Shown here piece after piece: positions 46,604 to 57,961 of a stretch of 64,000 nucleotides of DNA. This DNA is from Leptolyngbyaceae cyanobacterium. Lineage in GTDB: Bacteria; Cyanobacteriota; Cyanobacteriia; Phormidesmidales; Phormidesmidaceae. The translations under genes were made by a program, and so were the position numbers. How positions within the stretch are numbered: position 1 is the first letter of the stretch; each line of letters starts with the position of its first letter. Under the pieces are notes generated by a model that was not told the DNA's origin, ran no database searches, and saw nothing but the letters and a program-made list of their open reading frames with translations. The stretch lies in the NCBI GenBank assembly GCA_965263355.1, contig CBDHHL010000026.1:1-64000 (forward strand). Direction: 5' to 3'.

Positions 46604-48724
46604 TTACTTTTGTTTAAGGACTAATAATGTAATATCATCAAATACTTTCTGTTCACCAATAAAACCTTTTACATCATCAATAATAGCCCGTTTTACCTCT
46701 TCAGCCGTACCGCCCCAATTGTGGACAATTACGTCGCATAGGCGTGGCATACCATATTGTTTTTTATGCATATTATACGCTTCAGGAATGCCGTCAGTGT
46801 AAAGGACAACGCCATCTCCAGGCTGAAGTTTTACACTGGTGTAGTTAATAAAATCTGCGATATCATTGTCTAAACCAATGGGCATACCCAAATCCATAGT
46901 GTCAATGCTTTCAATGGTATTATTGGCCCTCACTATCAGAATCTCTTCATGTTGACCACTGATACTAACCCATCCCTCCGAATAATTGAGGATAGCAAGG
47001 GTTAGATTTTTTTCAGAATCCATGCGTTGCACATTCTGATATATAGTGCGATTGATCGTTTCTAAAAACTTGACTGGGTCACGCTCTTGGAACTCTTTTA
47101 GGGTACGTACGGCTGTTTGAGTCATGAGCATCAACATACCACTTTCTAGACCATGTCCTGTCACATCTCCAATCCCTAAAGTGACCACACCTTCTGTCTG
47201 TAGTACATCATAGTAATCTCCACCCACTTCATCAGCAGGTTCCATAAATCCAACAATATCAAGACCTTCAACCTTTCTGAGTTCCTCTGGCTTAGGCAGT
47301 ATCATTTGTTGAATTTTTCTAACAACGTCAAGCTCTGCCCCCATACGTAGGTTCTCAGCTTTAAGTTTTTCATTAAGTGTACTAATTTGAGCATTGGCAT
47401 TGGCCAGTTCAGTTGTACGTTCGTTGACTTTATCCTCCAAGGTTTCAAAGGATGTTTTAAGTTGACTGGCCATGCTATCAAACGCATAGGCTAATGTCCG
47501 CAACTCACTAATGGGACCTGTTTGGCTGTCTCCCAAGGTCAGATCTCCATTGGCAATGGCCTCAGACGCTTGGGTCAGGTGTAATACTGGTTGCGTCAGC
47601 CAGCGGGTAATGAGTAAACCAATTCCGACCGCAATACCAAGGGCCAACAACATTAACCCAATAGTATTGCGGTTATTAGCATAGATCTGCTCCATAAAGT
47701 CAGATTCCGGAATAGCGACTACGATCAACCAGTCCAAACCGCGACCATCACGAAAGGGTAGAACTTGAACAAAATGTTGCTGGCCCTGTAATTTAAATTT
47801 GAGCTGTTCCGATCGCGAAATTTCCTCTAGACTACCAAATCGATTAAAAATAAATTCCGCTGTTCCCTGTACAAGCGGATCCTGGCTATCTATTGCTTGT
47901 AGAAATTCAGGATTTTCCTCATTTCCCAACATCAAAGGTTCATCTGCAGAGCTAGAGATTAAATAGCCTTGCCGATCCATCACAAAGGCTTGGCCAGACT
48001 TTCCTATATCTAGCTCTCTAAGGAAGTCACGAAACTCTTCTGGCAAAACAACGTCTGCCGCACACACCCCCAACAGCCGTTGCCCTGATCGATCATAGAC
48101 AGGTAACCCCGCCGTAATATTCGGTAAGCCCGTAGTAAACGCAATGTAAACATCGGTCCAAACCGGCTGTTGAGCCTGAGTAGCCGCCTGATACCAAGGG
48201 CGCTGTCTCGCATCAAATGTCTTCTTAAGCTGACGCAAAAAATAGGTGCGCTGCCCCTGTACATTTAAGGTGTAATATTGCCGCTTACCTTTAGTTGCAG
48301 CATTGCTATAGGACAGTTGCAGAGAACCATCCTCCGGTACCCGCAGCACACCAAAAAAATCTCCCCGGTTATTACCACAGTAGACAAATGCTACATTGGG
48401 AGAAATTTTCATTTGCTGATATAGTTGAGCTTCCCCACGGCTAGCATTAGTTATATCAATCACACCGTGAAACAAGGCTGTTGCATTCAAGCGATTGATT
48501 TCATGAGGAGTTTCAAAATAGCCCTGTAATTCTCTTTGAATCCGTGCCGATACCTCCGTCCTTAGCTGGGAAGTCAGGCTTTGTACAGCCCGCTGACTAT
48601 TACGATAGGAAAGATAGCCCACCAATCCCACAGTGACACAAATTTGAAGAATAAATGGAACTACCAGCACCCTGCGAATAGGAATACGGAAATCACTCGG
48701 TAATTGATTAAACAAGCGTTTCAT
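46604..48724 (-). CDS. Cache-HAMP-SpoIIE (PP2C) membrane phosphatase
   Basis: DARQRPWY, HAMP, GGDYYD, IGDVTGHG, YTDG, DDIT. Confidence 0.95.
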   Translation of the reverse strand: MKRLFNQLPSDFRIPIRRVLVVPFILQICVTVGLVGYLSYRNSQRAVQSLTSQLRTEVSARIQRELQGYFETPHEINRLNATALFHGVIDITNASRGEAQLYQQMKISPNVAFVYCGNNRGDFFGVLRVPEDGSLQLSYSNAATKGKRQYYTLNVQGQRTYFLRQLKKTFDARQRPWYQAATQAQQPVWTDVYIAFTTGLPNITAGLPVYDRSGQRLLGVCAADVVLPEEFRDFLRELDIGKSGQAFVMDRQGYLISSSADEPLMLGNEENPEFLQAIDSQDPLVQGTAEFIFNRFGSLEEISRSEQLKFKLQGQQHFVQVLPFRDGRGLDWLIVVAIPESDFMEQIYANNRNTIGLMLLALGIAVGIGLLITRWLTQPVLHLTQASEAIANGDLTLGDSQTGPISELRTLAYAFDSMASQLKTSFETLEDKVNERTTELANANAQISTLNEKLKAENLRMGAELDVVRKIQQMILPKPEELRKVEGLDIVGFMEPADEVGGDYYDVLQTEGVVTLGIGDVTGHGLESGMLMLMTQTAVRTLKEFQERDPVKFLETINRTIYQNVQRMDSEKNLTLAILNYSEGWVSISGQHEEILIVRANNTIESIDTMDLGMPIGLDNDIADFINYTSVKLQPGDGVVLYTDGIPEAYNMHKKQYGMPRLCDVIVHNWGGTAEEVKRAIIDDVKGFIGEQKVFDDITLLVLKQK

Positions 48725-48779
48725 GCTGATACGTCACCATTGGCTAAATGAGACAGTTAATGCCTGCAGCAGACTAAAG

Positions 48780-49133
48780 CTACTCCACCTCTAATCTCAG
48801 AGTAGGAAGAAACTTTTGAAGATTCCTTAAGGATTTTCCCTGCCAGGGCACAGTATTGGATCCCAAAATAGCCAGCTGAATGTCTTTATTTTTTCGTAGA
48901 CCCAGGACAAACTTGGATAACATACTAATACCGGAGCTATTTAGAAACGCTAATTGCCTAAGATCGATGGTGATAACGGCAGGGCTATTACTAGCAATCT
49001 CATTCAATAGGTCTTTAATTGGCGCATATTCCTGAGGACTTCTTAAGGCCAACTCACCCTGAAACCTAACAGTGACAGCATCAGCATTGTAGTAAACAAC
49101 GTAGTCTTCACCCTTAATTTCCTGATTAGCCAT
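48780..49133 (-). CDS. Slr1659-like STAS-type protein
   Basis: IDLRQLAFLNSSGISML. Confidence 0.8.
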   Translation of the reverse strand: MANQEIKGEDYVVYYNADAVTVRFQGELALRSPQEYAPIKDLLNEIASNSPAVITIDLRQLAFLNSSGISMLSKFVLGLRKNKDIQLAILGSNTVPWQGKSLRNLQKFLPTLRLEVE

Positions 49134-49325
49134 TGTCAAGGTCTTTGATGGAGCTTTCGATGGAATAAATGAATGGGTCATTCTGTACGACTGATATCTG
49201 GCAGAACATCCCCTTTTTATGAGAGCAAATAGCGCGGATTAAATGACTTCGCTATGCTCCCATAGTTTTCTATTTCAAAGTCTGTAGAGAAATTATCCTT
49301 TACTAAACCCGTACATCGCTCAACG

Positions 49326-50519
49326 TTAAGGATGCTCCTGCAAAAATGCTTCGATCGCATCGATTAGGGCATCTATTTCAGTCTCTAGCGTGAAGTAATG
49401 GATGCAAGCTCTCACACAGCTAGGTGATAATAAGGTACGGAGATAAAAATTTTGCGATTCTAGATAGGTGACCAGCTTTTGATGCAGGGATGGGGAGTAC
49501 TCGCCTGATTGAAAAATTTGAAATGACACTAACCCAGACTCTGGTGGAAACTTTAGCAGGCACTGCACAGCCGATAAGCTACTGAGTTTGCCCCAAAGAT
49601 AGCTACTGAGCTGACAAATGCGAAAATAGCGTTCTTCTGTTGGACCCCAATCGTTATGGGTTGCGATCGCAACCTGCAACCCACTACACAACGTCACATT
49701 GGACGTTGCTACCTCATAGCGACGCGCATCGGGCTGCCAGCCTGTAGGTTGCCCCTGCTGATTGATGATAATGCCACGCCAGCCAATAAACGTAGGCGCT
49801 AACTCTGCCATCGCCTCTAAACTGACATAGAGACCACCCAACCCGGCTGGGCCACAGTACCATTTGTGCCCCGTAAACGCATAAAAATCCACCCCCGTCT
49901 CTGCTAGTTGGAGCGGTAACATACCTACAGACTGCGCCGCATCAGACAGGACACGCACCGGTTGAGGTCGAGTATGACAAAGCTGACAAATTTCCTTTAG
50001 GGGCATCACCTGTCCAGTGTTCCAAAGGATATGACTGACCACCACAAGCCGGGTAGTCGCTCGTAAATGCGCTTGAATAGTCGCAACCGGATCAGCCGCA
50101 TTTAGCTGACTCAAGTGGGGAAAAACACTCACTTCTAGACCATAGCGCCGTTGCAACTCGTAGACTGCGGCAAAAATTCCAGGATGCTCACAGTCAGACA
50201 GAAGAATATGATCGCCTCTAGACCAGGTCATCCCCCACAGAGCAATGTTGCAACCGACCGTAACATTTTCTGTAATGGAAATCGTCTGGGGCGACACCCC
50301 CAAATCTGCCGCTAAAACTTGCCGTGTTTTTACCCCCTCTGCTTGCATCCATTGATTAACGGCACTGCCAAAGGGACCACGGGTTTGAATGGTTTGATGG
50401 GAGGCTTGAATAGCGCCTAGAGTATTGATACCCATAGGCCCCTGACCACCATAGTTAAAATATGTCTTGTTTTTCAGGGCTGGAATTGTCTGACGATATT
50501 GCGCAATGCGAACACTCAT
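49326..50519 (-). CDS. Class V PLP aminotransferase (cystine lyase-like)
   Basis: YFNYGGQG, DAAQSVG, FTGHKW. Confidence 0.9.
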   Translation of the reverse strand: MSVRIAQYRQTIPALKNKTYFNYGGQGPMGINTLGAIQASHQTIQTRGPFGSAVNQWMQAEGVKTRQVLAADLGVSPQTISITENVTVGCNIALWGMTWSRGDHILLSDCEHPGIFAAVYELQRRYGLEVSVFPHLSQLNAADPVATIQAHLRATTRLVVVSHILWNTGQVMPLKEICQLCHTRPQPVRVLSDAAQSVGMLPLQLAETGVDFYAFTGHKWYCGPAGLGGLYVSLEAMAELAPTFIGWRGIIINQQGQPTGWQPDARRYEVATSNVTLCSGLQVAIATHNDWGPTEERYFRICQLSSYLWGKLSSLSAVQCLLKFPPESGLVSFQIFQSGEYSPSLHQKLVTYLESQNFYLRTLLSPSCVRACIHYFTLETEIDALIDAIEAFLQEHP

Positions 50520-50749
50520 GAAGGCACAACCAAGCCAGTTAAATATTTATCAAGTTTAATCTACCCTGTATGGGTTCCCTTGTCCGTAAAACCGGGTTCT
50601 CCTGGAGATTTTTGGAAATTCCTGACAGGTATTCCCCCCACTTGAACGTATTTACTAATACTCTGGGTAAGTTGTAAAAGATATTACTGTTCTGCATTAA
50701 CTACTGATTTTAAGCGTTAATGCCTAATGATCATCACGGAAACCAACTC

Positions 50750-51328
50750 ATGCGCCTTTCACGCTCAATTTTGCCATTGGGGTTAGCTGCCCTAACACTC
50801 GTCAGCTGTGGTCCTTCAACAGTGGCTCAATGCAATGAGTTTGCTGATGTGATTAACCAGGCCCAAGGGTTCAAGGATGAGTTTGAAACCGAAATCGATA
50901 GCTTTACCCAACAGGCCCAAGGCGCTGAAAGTCTGGGAGATATTCAAACTGCAGCGACCCAGTACATCAGTGCAGTAGAAAAGGTGGTGGGCAGTATTGA
51001 CGGGATGGTCACTAGCCTGAATCAGTTGGAACTAGCAGATGAAAAGTTATCTCAGTATCGTAACGGTTACGCTGAGATCATTTCTGGTTCTGCTCAAGAA
51101 TTAAATGTCGCAGGTGAGGCCATGCGGTTGGTGGCCGATGCCCAATCAGAAGCCGATTTGAGCAATGTATTAGAAGAGTTTCAAGGCAAAGCCAATACCG
51201 CCTTTAGTAACCTACAAACCTTGTCTCAGAATGAAGCTACCCTGGTCAACGACATCAATAGCTACTGCGGTGCTGAAGTCCCCGTCGGCACTGAAGAGGT
51301 AGCTCCAGGAACATCTGACCCAGAATAA
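50750..51328 (+). CDS. Helical lipoprotein
   Basis: LVSC lipobox, paired Cys. Confidence 0.75.
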   Translation: MRLSRSILPLGLAALTLVSCGPSTVAQCNEFADVINQAQGFKDEFETEIDSFTQQAQGAESLGDIQTAATQYISAVEKVVGSIDGMVTSLNQLELADEKLSQYRNGYAEIISGSAQELNVAGEAMRLVADAQSEADLSNVLEEFQGKANTAFSNLQTLSQNEATLVNDINSYCGAEVPVGTEEVAPGTSDPE

Positions 51329-51416
51329 TAGAACAGGTTGGCCATAGCCATAGAGACACAGACAGTCCTACAGAGTCACGATAGAATCAGAAACGCTGCT
51401 TGCTGACTCTATTGCT

Positions 51417-52760
51417 ATGGTTGACTCTGCTTTGCTGATTGAAACCGATACCTCTGCTCGCCAGACCTGGACGATTACAGCCAATGGGAAAGGACTCCAG
51501 GGACGACTGCAAGTGCCTGGCGACAAATCCATTTCCCATCGGTCCTTGATGTTAGGCGCGTTGGCCAGCGGTGAAACCCGGATCAAAGGTCTGCTTCTAG
51601 GAGAAGACCCCCGCAGTACAGCAGCTTGTTTTCAGGCCATGGGTGCCGAGATATCTAATCTTGAAGCCGAGTGGGTCACAGTTAAAGGCCGAGGTGTTGG
51701 GCAACTGCAGGAACCCATGACTGTGTTGGATGCAGGTAATTCAGGCACCGCATTGAGGTTGATGTTGGGCTTACTGGCCTCACAACCAGAACGATTTTTT
51801 ACGGTGACGGGGGATAGTTCTTTGCGATCGCGCCCCATGGCACGGGTGATCAAGCCCCTGACATCCATGGGTGCCAAAATCTGGGGGCGCAACAACAATC
51901 AGCTGGCTCCCCTGGCCATCCAAGGGCAAACACTATCACCCATTCATTATCAATCGCCCATTGCTTCAGCCCAGGTCAAGTCCTGCATTTTACTGGCGGG
52001 TTTATCGGTCGATGGGGATACCACCGTCACCGAACCCAGCCTATCGCGAGACCACAGTGAGCGCATGCTCAGTGCCTTTGGTGCGAAACTCACCGTCGAC
52101 CGCGACGCTTGTCGAGTCACCCTGCATGGTCCGAGTCAACTCCAAGGCCAAACTGTGATTGTACCTGGCGACATTAGTTCCGCTGCCTACTGGATGGTGG
52201 CAGCCGCCATTGTGCCAGGGTCCGATCTTGTGATTGAAAATGTCGGCGTCAACCCCACCCGCATTGGCATTTTAGAAGCCCTTCAACAGATGGAGGCCGA
52301 TATTACCCTCGAAAATCCTCGTGAAGTGACTGGAGAACCGGTGGCCGATATCCGTGTACGCACCAGCAACCTTAAGGCCTGCACCCTTGGCGGCAGCCTA
52401 ATTCCTCGGTTAATTGATGAAGTGCCGATTCTGGCAGTAGCCGCTCTGTTTGCCAAAGGCACCACCCGGATCGAAAATGCTGCAGAACTGCGCGTCAAGG
52501 AAAGCGATCGCATTGCCGTTACTGCCAGCCAGCTCAATCGCCTGGGCGCATCGATAAACGAACTACCCGATGGCTTAGAAATTCAAGGCGGAGCGACCCT
52601 TACCGGCACCGATGTCGATAGCTTTACCGACCACCGAATTGCCATGAGCTTAGCCATTGCCGCCCTACGGGCCAGTGGTTCTACCACGATTAACCAAGCC
52701 GAAGCCGCCGCCGTATCTTATCCACCCTTTGCCCAAACTCTAAAGCAATTTGCCATCTAA
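51417..52760 (+). CDS. aroA: EPSP synthase
   Basis: [42 protein letters not shown]. Confidence 0.98.
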   Translation: MVDSALLIETDTSARQTWTITANGKGLQGRLQVPGDKSISHRSLMLGALASGETRIKGLLLGEDPRSTAACFQAMGAEISNLEAEWVTVKGRGVGQLQEPMTVLDAGNSGTALRLMLGLLASQPERFFTVTGDSSLRSRPMARVIKPLTSMGAKIWGRNNNQLAPLAIQGQTLSPIHYQSPIASAQVKSCILLAGLSVDGDTTVTEPSLSRDHSERMLSAFGAKLTVDRDACRVTLHGPSQLQGQTVIVPGDISSAAYWMVAAAIVPGSDLVIENVGVNPTRIGILEALQQMEADITLENPREVTGEPVADIRVRTSNLKACTLGGSLIPRLIDEVPILAVAALFAKGTTRIENAAELRVKESDRIAVTASQLNRLGASINELPDGLEIQGGATLTGTDVDSFTDHRIAMSLAIAALRASGSTTINQAEAAAVSYPPFAQTLKQFAI

Positions 52761-52999
52761 GGAATAGCACAGCATGCAGGCCAAAAAGTCGGCTGAGGAC
52801 GATGAGGCGTAAGCTTGCCCTAAACCTGTGAACGTGTGGTGAGTGGTAATGGGTGAATCGATTGATCTCATCCGGTCGCGGGAATTCTAGAGCAACTTTG
52901 GAAAACCTCTAACATATCCAGGGCGACCTGTTAGCCACAGGCTATCCTCGACTTTCTATCTATTGCCCTGCCTGTGATTAGGGTTGCAAATTAGCATCT

Positions 53000-54724
53000 A
53001 TGCAAAAGATTTTACTAATTGGGTCATCGCAGTTACAGCCATCGGCAACTGTACAAATGATTGCAGCCGCAGGCTACAGTATCGAACAGGCAGAAACAGG
53101 ACTCACTGGCCTGGAACTAGCCCACAGCCATAACCCAAATCTGGTGGTCTGCGATTGGAACTTAAGCGACTGTAACGGCCATTACGTACTGAAACAAATG
53201 CGTAACGACCCGCAATTAGCAGTTATTCCCTTCATCTTGCTAAGCCCGCTATATAACTACAATCATTGGCGACAAACCATGCAGCTAGGGGCTGACGACT
53301 GTTTGCTAGCACCTTTTTCTGAAGATGTATTAATTGGTGCTATCACCGCTCGCCTTAAACAGCAAGCGGTCATTACAAATCATTACCTTAGCCATTTACG
53401 CCTGGCCGCAGAACATCTTAATCGCTTGTCCTACTATGACAGCCTTACCAAGCTTCCCAATCATCACCTATTTGAACAACGCTTTACCCAGCTGGTCCAA
53501 ACATCCCATAAATCAGTCGCCCTGATCTCCTTAAGCTTGGATCGTCTTAGACAAATCAATAATATTTTGGGTTATCCAGCTGGTAATAGTCTCTTACAAT
53601 CTGCTAGCCATCGCCTGCAAGCCTGCTTACCAGAAAACACCACCCTCGCTCGTCTAACCGGTAATCAATTTGCCATTGCCATTGGCAATATAGACCATCA
53701 GGGCACAGTAAGAACCCTGGCAACAGACCTGATGGATGCCCTCAGCCGGCCCTTTTCACTCCCCGGTCATGAAGTTTTTCTCACCGCCAGCATCGGCGTA
53801 GCTATGTACCCAGACAATAGTCAAAAGCTACCAATACTGATGCGTCAGGCTGATGCAGCTCTGGAATATGCAAAACGCCAAAAAAGTAACTATTGCCAGT
53901 TTTATCAACCCGACATGGCGATTGCTACCGAGTATCAAATTCGATTAGAAACCTGGCTGCGTTATGCCCTAGAACGTGATGAGTTTGAAGTCTATTATCA
54001 GCCTCAACTTAATCTTCACAGTGGCTATATTGAGGGTGTTGAAGCCCTAATTCGTTGGCATCATCCCAAGGCAGGCAACATTGCACCCGGTTTGTTTATC
54101 CCACTTGCAGAAGAAACAGGGCTAATTATTGCAATCGGACAGTGGGTGCTCGAAACGGCCTGCCGTCAGGCACGCCAATGGCAAGATATGAATCTAGGTC
54201 TGCGTCACATGTCAGTCAATTTATCAAGCGTCCAGTTTAATCAGGGCAGCTTGACTCAGCAGGTAGCCAGAACCCTGAAAGATAGTGGCCTATCGCCCCA
54301 CTTACTAGAACTGGAAATTACTGAAACAGCTCTGATTCAAGATGCTAATGCCGCTGTACAGACCTTGAATGAACTCAAATCCTTAGGAATTCGATTAGCT
54401 GTAGATGATTTTGGCACTGGGTACTCATCTCTTAGCTATTTACAAAAGCTTCCTATCAACACCCTCAAAATTGATAATTGCTTTGTCCGGGGTGTTACAA
54501 CGTCTCCCAAAAACCAAGTAATTCTAAAATCAGCTATTCATATGGGGCACGATTTGGGACTGTGCATTATTGCAGAAGGCGTGGAAACCATGGAGGAACA
54601 ATCCTTACTGGAAAGCTATCAGTGTGACTTTGCTCAAGGCTATCGAATTGGCAAGCCGATGAGTGCTCAACACCTACAAAGATATCTAGAACAACGCACA
54701 CCCTTGATCAGCTTGGCCTCATAA
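53000..54724 (+). CDS. REC-GGDEF-EAL protein, likely c-di-GMP phosphodiesterase
   Basis: GGDEF degenerate (TGNQF); EAL and DDFGTGYSS intact. Confidence 0.9.
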   Translation: MQKILLIGSSQLQPSATVQMIAAAGYSIEQAETGLTGLELAHSHNPNLVVCDWNLSDCNGHYVLKQMRNDPQLAVIPFILLSPLYNYNHWRQTMQLGADDCLLAPFSEDVLIGAITARLKQQAVITNHYLSHLRLAAEHLNRLSYYDSLTKLPNHHLFEQRFTQLVQTSHKSVALISLSLDRLRQINNILGYPAGNSLLQSASHRLQACLPENTTLARLTGNQFAIAIGNIDHQGTVRTLATDLMDALSRPFSLPGHEVFLTASIGVAMYPDNSQKLPILMRQADAALEYAKRQKSNYCQFYQPDMAIATEYQIRLETWLRYALERDEFEVYYQPQLNLHSGYIEGVEALIRWHHPKAGNIAPGLFIPLAEETGLIIAIGQWVLETACRQARQWQDMNLGLRHMSVNLSSVQFNQGSLTQQVARTLKDSGLSPHLLELEITETALIQDANAAVQTLNELKSLGIRLAVDDFGTGYSSLSYLQKLPINTLKIDNCFVRGVTTSPKNQVILKSAIHMGHDLGLCIIAEGVETMEEQSLLESYQCDFAQGYRIGKPMSAQHLQRYLEQRTPLISLAS

Positions 54725-54992
54725 ATCACTCCTAAGTTTTTAAATTTTAGTTTGTTAAAACCTTTGGCTTACCACCCCATTAGTGGTGGCCCGTTTGAGC
54801 ATTTCATTTCTGGCATACTCCCATTTCTGGTATACCGTAATTATGCTAAGGGCATAGGGAATAATATACACATACCTAAACAGTGCTTATTACCAGACTG
54901 TATTGCGTAACCCGCATTATCTAGCGGTTAGCGAGTTACCATAGCGTTAGCCTTGGATCATTGTCATCCATCAGAATGCTTAGGGCACCAGC

Positions 54993-55472
54993 ATGAAACA
55001 ACATTTCTGGGTGGCGGTTAAAAAGCTTATGTGGCAAGAGTGGCGAAAGGTGAATAACTATATTCGTAGCTTAGAAAGCTATTGGGATATGAGCCCCGAT
55101 TTATCCATTCGCTATCAGGTTAACCAATCCTTACGACAGCATCGTCATCCTTTATCAGCCAAAGATTGGTGTGAAGAATGTCATCGAGCCACCCAATGTC
55201 AGCCCCAGATACTCCTCTTTCTTTATCACTCATTAGCCAATTATTCTGGCATTGAGTTTAACCGAGTCAGACCCAATGATCGTCTGGTTGACGATCTGCA
55301 GTTTCCCATGGTGTGCTGGTTTGATTGGCCCGTTAGCTTTTGTGATGACGTCATCAGCCACTTTGGCATAGACATTAGTGACTGTTTTGATGAAACTCGC
55401 TTTGACACCGTTGCCGACTTGATTAGATTTCTAGACGCTTGCTTGACCAGTAAGTCATCCTCAACCAATTGA
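54993..55472 (+). CDS. Hypothetical protein
   Basis: 159-aa ORF, VRPNDRLVDDL...VCWFDW. Confidence 0.7.
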   Translation: MKQHFWVAVKKLMWQEWRKVNNYIRSLESYWDMSPDLSIRYQVNQSLRQHRHPLSAKDWCEECHRATQCQPQILLFLYHSLANYSGIEFNRVRPNDRLVDDLQFPMVCWFDWPVSFCDDVISHFGIDISDCFDETRFDTVADLIRFLDACLTSKSSSTN

Positions 55473-55616
55473 TCCTCCTTTTATCACGTCCAATAGATAC
55501 GCTTGGTAAAAAAAAGATCGGTTGCCCCTTACAGGTTTATTACAGACAAAAACAACCCATAAAGGGAATGCCTACATTAGATTAAAATGTAGCTTTGGCA
55601 CTCTTACTGACTAGCC

Positions 55617-56138
55617 ATGCCTAGAACTCAACGTAACGATAATTTCATCGATAAATCTTTTACGGTCATGGCCGATATGATCTTAAAGATGCTGCCGACG
55701 AAAAAACAGGCCAAAGAAGCGTTTGCCTACTACCGTGACGGTATGTCGGCCCAAGCGGATGGGGAGTATGCAGAAGCTTTAGATAACTACAATGTTGCTT
55801 TAGAGCTGGAAGAAGATCCCTATGATAAAAGTTTTATCTTGTATAACATGGGGCTGATCCACGCCAGCAATGGTGACCATGATGCAGCGTTAGAAAAATA
55901 CGCAGCGGCCATTGAACTTAATCCTCGCATGCCTCAGGCATTGAATAATACTGCCGTCATCCACCACTATCGGGGTGAGCAGGCTGAAGCTGCCGGTGAT
56001 AAACAAACGGCTGAAGCCTTTTATGATCAAGCAGCAACCTACTGGCTAGATGCCTTAAGAATGGCCCCAAATAACTACATTGAGGCACAAAACTGGTTAA
56101 AGAATACAGGCCGGATGCCTGCCGATGTATTCTTTTAA
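55617..56138 (+). CDS. ycf3: Photosystem I assembly protein Ycf3
   Basis: [36 protein letters not shown]. Confidence 0.98.
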   Translation: MPRTQRNDNFIDKSFTVMADMILKMLPTKKQAKEAFAYYRDGMSAQADGEYAEALDNYNVALELEEDPYDKSFILYNMGLIHASNGDHDAALEKYAAAIELNPRMPQALNNTAVIHHYRGEQAEAAGDKQTAEAFYDQAATYWLDALRMAPNNYIEAQNWLKNTGRMPADVFF

Positions 56139-56149
56139 TCAATTAGTAG

Positions 56150-56225
56150 GTATCAACCTTGTCCATGGACAGAACGGTCGTTTTTCCGTAGAAGACCTAC
56201 AGGTTTCCACTTGGACGTGGTTTAG
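56150..56225 (+). repeat. Dispersed ~75-bp repeat, copy B
   Basis: TATCAACCTTGTCCATGGACAGAACGGTCG...CTACAGGTTTCCACTTGGACGTGGTTTAG. Confidence 0.8.
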
Positions 56226-56279
56226 TCTTCTAATCAATAAATTGAACGGTGGGCAATGCCCACCCTAGTCTCTATTATC

Positions 56280-56567
56280 ATGATTAATTTAGAACAGGTT
56301 CGTAAGGTAGCACTACTGGCTCGCTTGGAACTCACTGAAGCAGAAGAGCAACAGTTTACAGAGCAGCTGAACGGTATTTTGGGCTATGTAGAGCAGCTAA
56401 GGGAACTAAATACCGAAAATATTGAGCCAACTACCCGGGCAATTGAACTGAGCAATATCACTCGGCAAGACGCATTAGAGCCCTTTGAGGAGCGGGAAGC
56501 CATCTTAGATATTGCGCCTGAGCGTGAGGATGATTTTTTCAAGGTACCTAAGATTTTAGGTAGCTAA
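56280..56567 (+). CDS. gatC: Asp/Glu-tRNA amidotransferase subunit C
   Basis: [20 protein letters not shown]. Confidence 0.97.
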   Translation: MINLEQVRKVALLARLELTEAEEQQFTEQLNGILGYVEQLRELNTENIEPTTRAIELSNITRQDALEPFEEREAILDIAPEREDDFFKVPKILGS

Positions 56568-56618
56568 TTGTAGAGACGTTCCATGGACCGCCTCTACAAA
56601 ATAGAGCGGAATTAACCA

Positions 56619-57365
56619 TCAACCGCCCAAAAATTGTAGGTAATCGTTGCTCATTTCTTTAACCGCAGCTTCGTAAAATTGTTTGCCATGCTCTGGTGTC
56701 GCTAAATCTGGGTTCGATCCCATACGGCCATCGGTGTAAAACTGCCGAAAATCGGTAGCGCCATAGATAGAATGGCCAGATGGAGCTACTTGGGGCTGCA
56801 ATGGAGCTGATTTGATGAAATCGGGATAGGCATATTGAGTCAGGGCCACTTCGCTGGGGGTAGCATGGGAGCCTTCTTGATTGCCATAAAGTTCCTTAGC
56901 CAAGGTATGAACCGACCGACACATAAACCAGTTTGCTAGCTTACAGCGCACTTGATCGGCACCAGCAATATTGAGATCCGTTAAAGCCGCATAGGTTTCA
57001 GAAAAGGCTGCCTTTAGGGTGGCCATATTTCCCCCATGGCCATTGATAAAGTAAAACCGGTTAAACCCAGCCTTGGCCAGGGGTTTAATATAGTCTTGGA
57101 TAAGGGCAATTAAGGTACTGGGACGCAAACTCATGCTGCCAGGAAAGGCTGTATGGTGCAATGCCATCCCCACGTTGATCGTAGGTCCGATTAAGGCATT
57201 GGTCTGATCGCCTACACCTGTGGCGATCGTTTCTGCGCAGATAGCATCGGTGCCAATCAGCCCTGTGGGACCATGTTGTTCGGTCGACCCGATGGGAAAA
57301 ATAATGCCTTGCGATCGCGACAAATAATTTTCCACCTCAGGCCATGTGCATAACTGTAATCGCAT
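56619..57365 (-). CDS. Creatininase-family protein
   Basis: PIGSTEQHG, INGHGGN, HATPSE. Confidence 0.93.
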   Translation of the reverse strand: MRLQLCTWPEVENYLSRSQGIIFPIGSTEQHGPTGLIGTDAICAETIATGVGDQTNALIGPTINVGMALHHTAFPGSMSLRPSTLIALIQDYIKPLAKAGFNRFYFINGHGGNMATLKAAFSETYAALTDLNIAGADQVRCKLANWFMCRSVHTLAKELYGNQEGSHATPSEVALTQYAYPDFIKSAPLQPQVAPSGHSIYGATDFRQFYTDGRMGSNPDLATPEHGKQFYEAAVKEMSNDYLQFLGG

Positions 57366-57532
57366 GGTTTAATCTCCGCCAAACTAAAACACCAGCATTC
57401 AATCTTTTCTAACTCTAGAGCGGCTCTTTAACCATGGAGAAAACGAGAGGGTAAACCCTTTACATCGTTGTACCGCGTTTCAGGGTGGTCAAACTCTATT
57501 CCCCTCCCTTAAGCTGTATTTAAGGTGTGGTT

Positions 57533-57606
57533 CTAAACCTTTATCATGTCCAGAACTGTAGGTTTTTCGTCAAGGAAACTCAAGGGTTTAACTTGGACGT
57601 GGTTTA
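57533..57606 (+). repeat. Dispersed ~75-bp repeat, copy C
   Basis: CTAAACCTTTATCATGTCCAGAAC...AACTTGGACGTGGTTTA. Confidence 0.75.
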
Positions 57607-57643
57607 TTACCACAATAGTCGCCTAGATGACGGGTAGATTTCT

Positions 57644-57931
57644 ATGCTACATCGCAAGATATATCAGCTCTCCTGCGACGGTCGTGAGGTGTGGGTGTTT
57701 TTAAGAGATCAGCACCGCTGGATTGAGCGGGCTAAGATTCTAAACATCGAAGGCGATCTTGTGACTTTGCGCTATGAAACAGAAGAAGACGATGAACGCT
57801 GCGCCTGGGAAGAAATGGTCCGGCTAGAAAGTATCGGGTCTATTCAACAAAAGCTAGCCACCGTGCCTAAAGGAGATACCGAAATCGTCATTTCCGATGA
57901 TTGCCCGACCTCTGAACAACTCCGTGATTAG
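57644..57931 (+). CDS. Conserved cyanobacterial small protein (DUF6679-like)
   Basis: MLHRKIYQL...WEEMVRLESIG. Confidence 0.8.
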   Translation: MLHRKIYQLSCDGREVWVFLRDQHRWIERAKILNIEGDLVTLRYETEEDDERCAWEEMVRLESIGSIQQKLATVPKGDTEIVISDDCPTSEQLRD

Positions 57932-57961
57932 GGATGGCCGTATAGGGGTTGGCATGCACCC

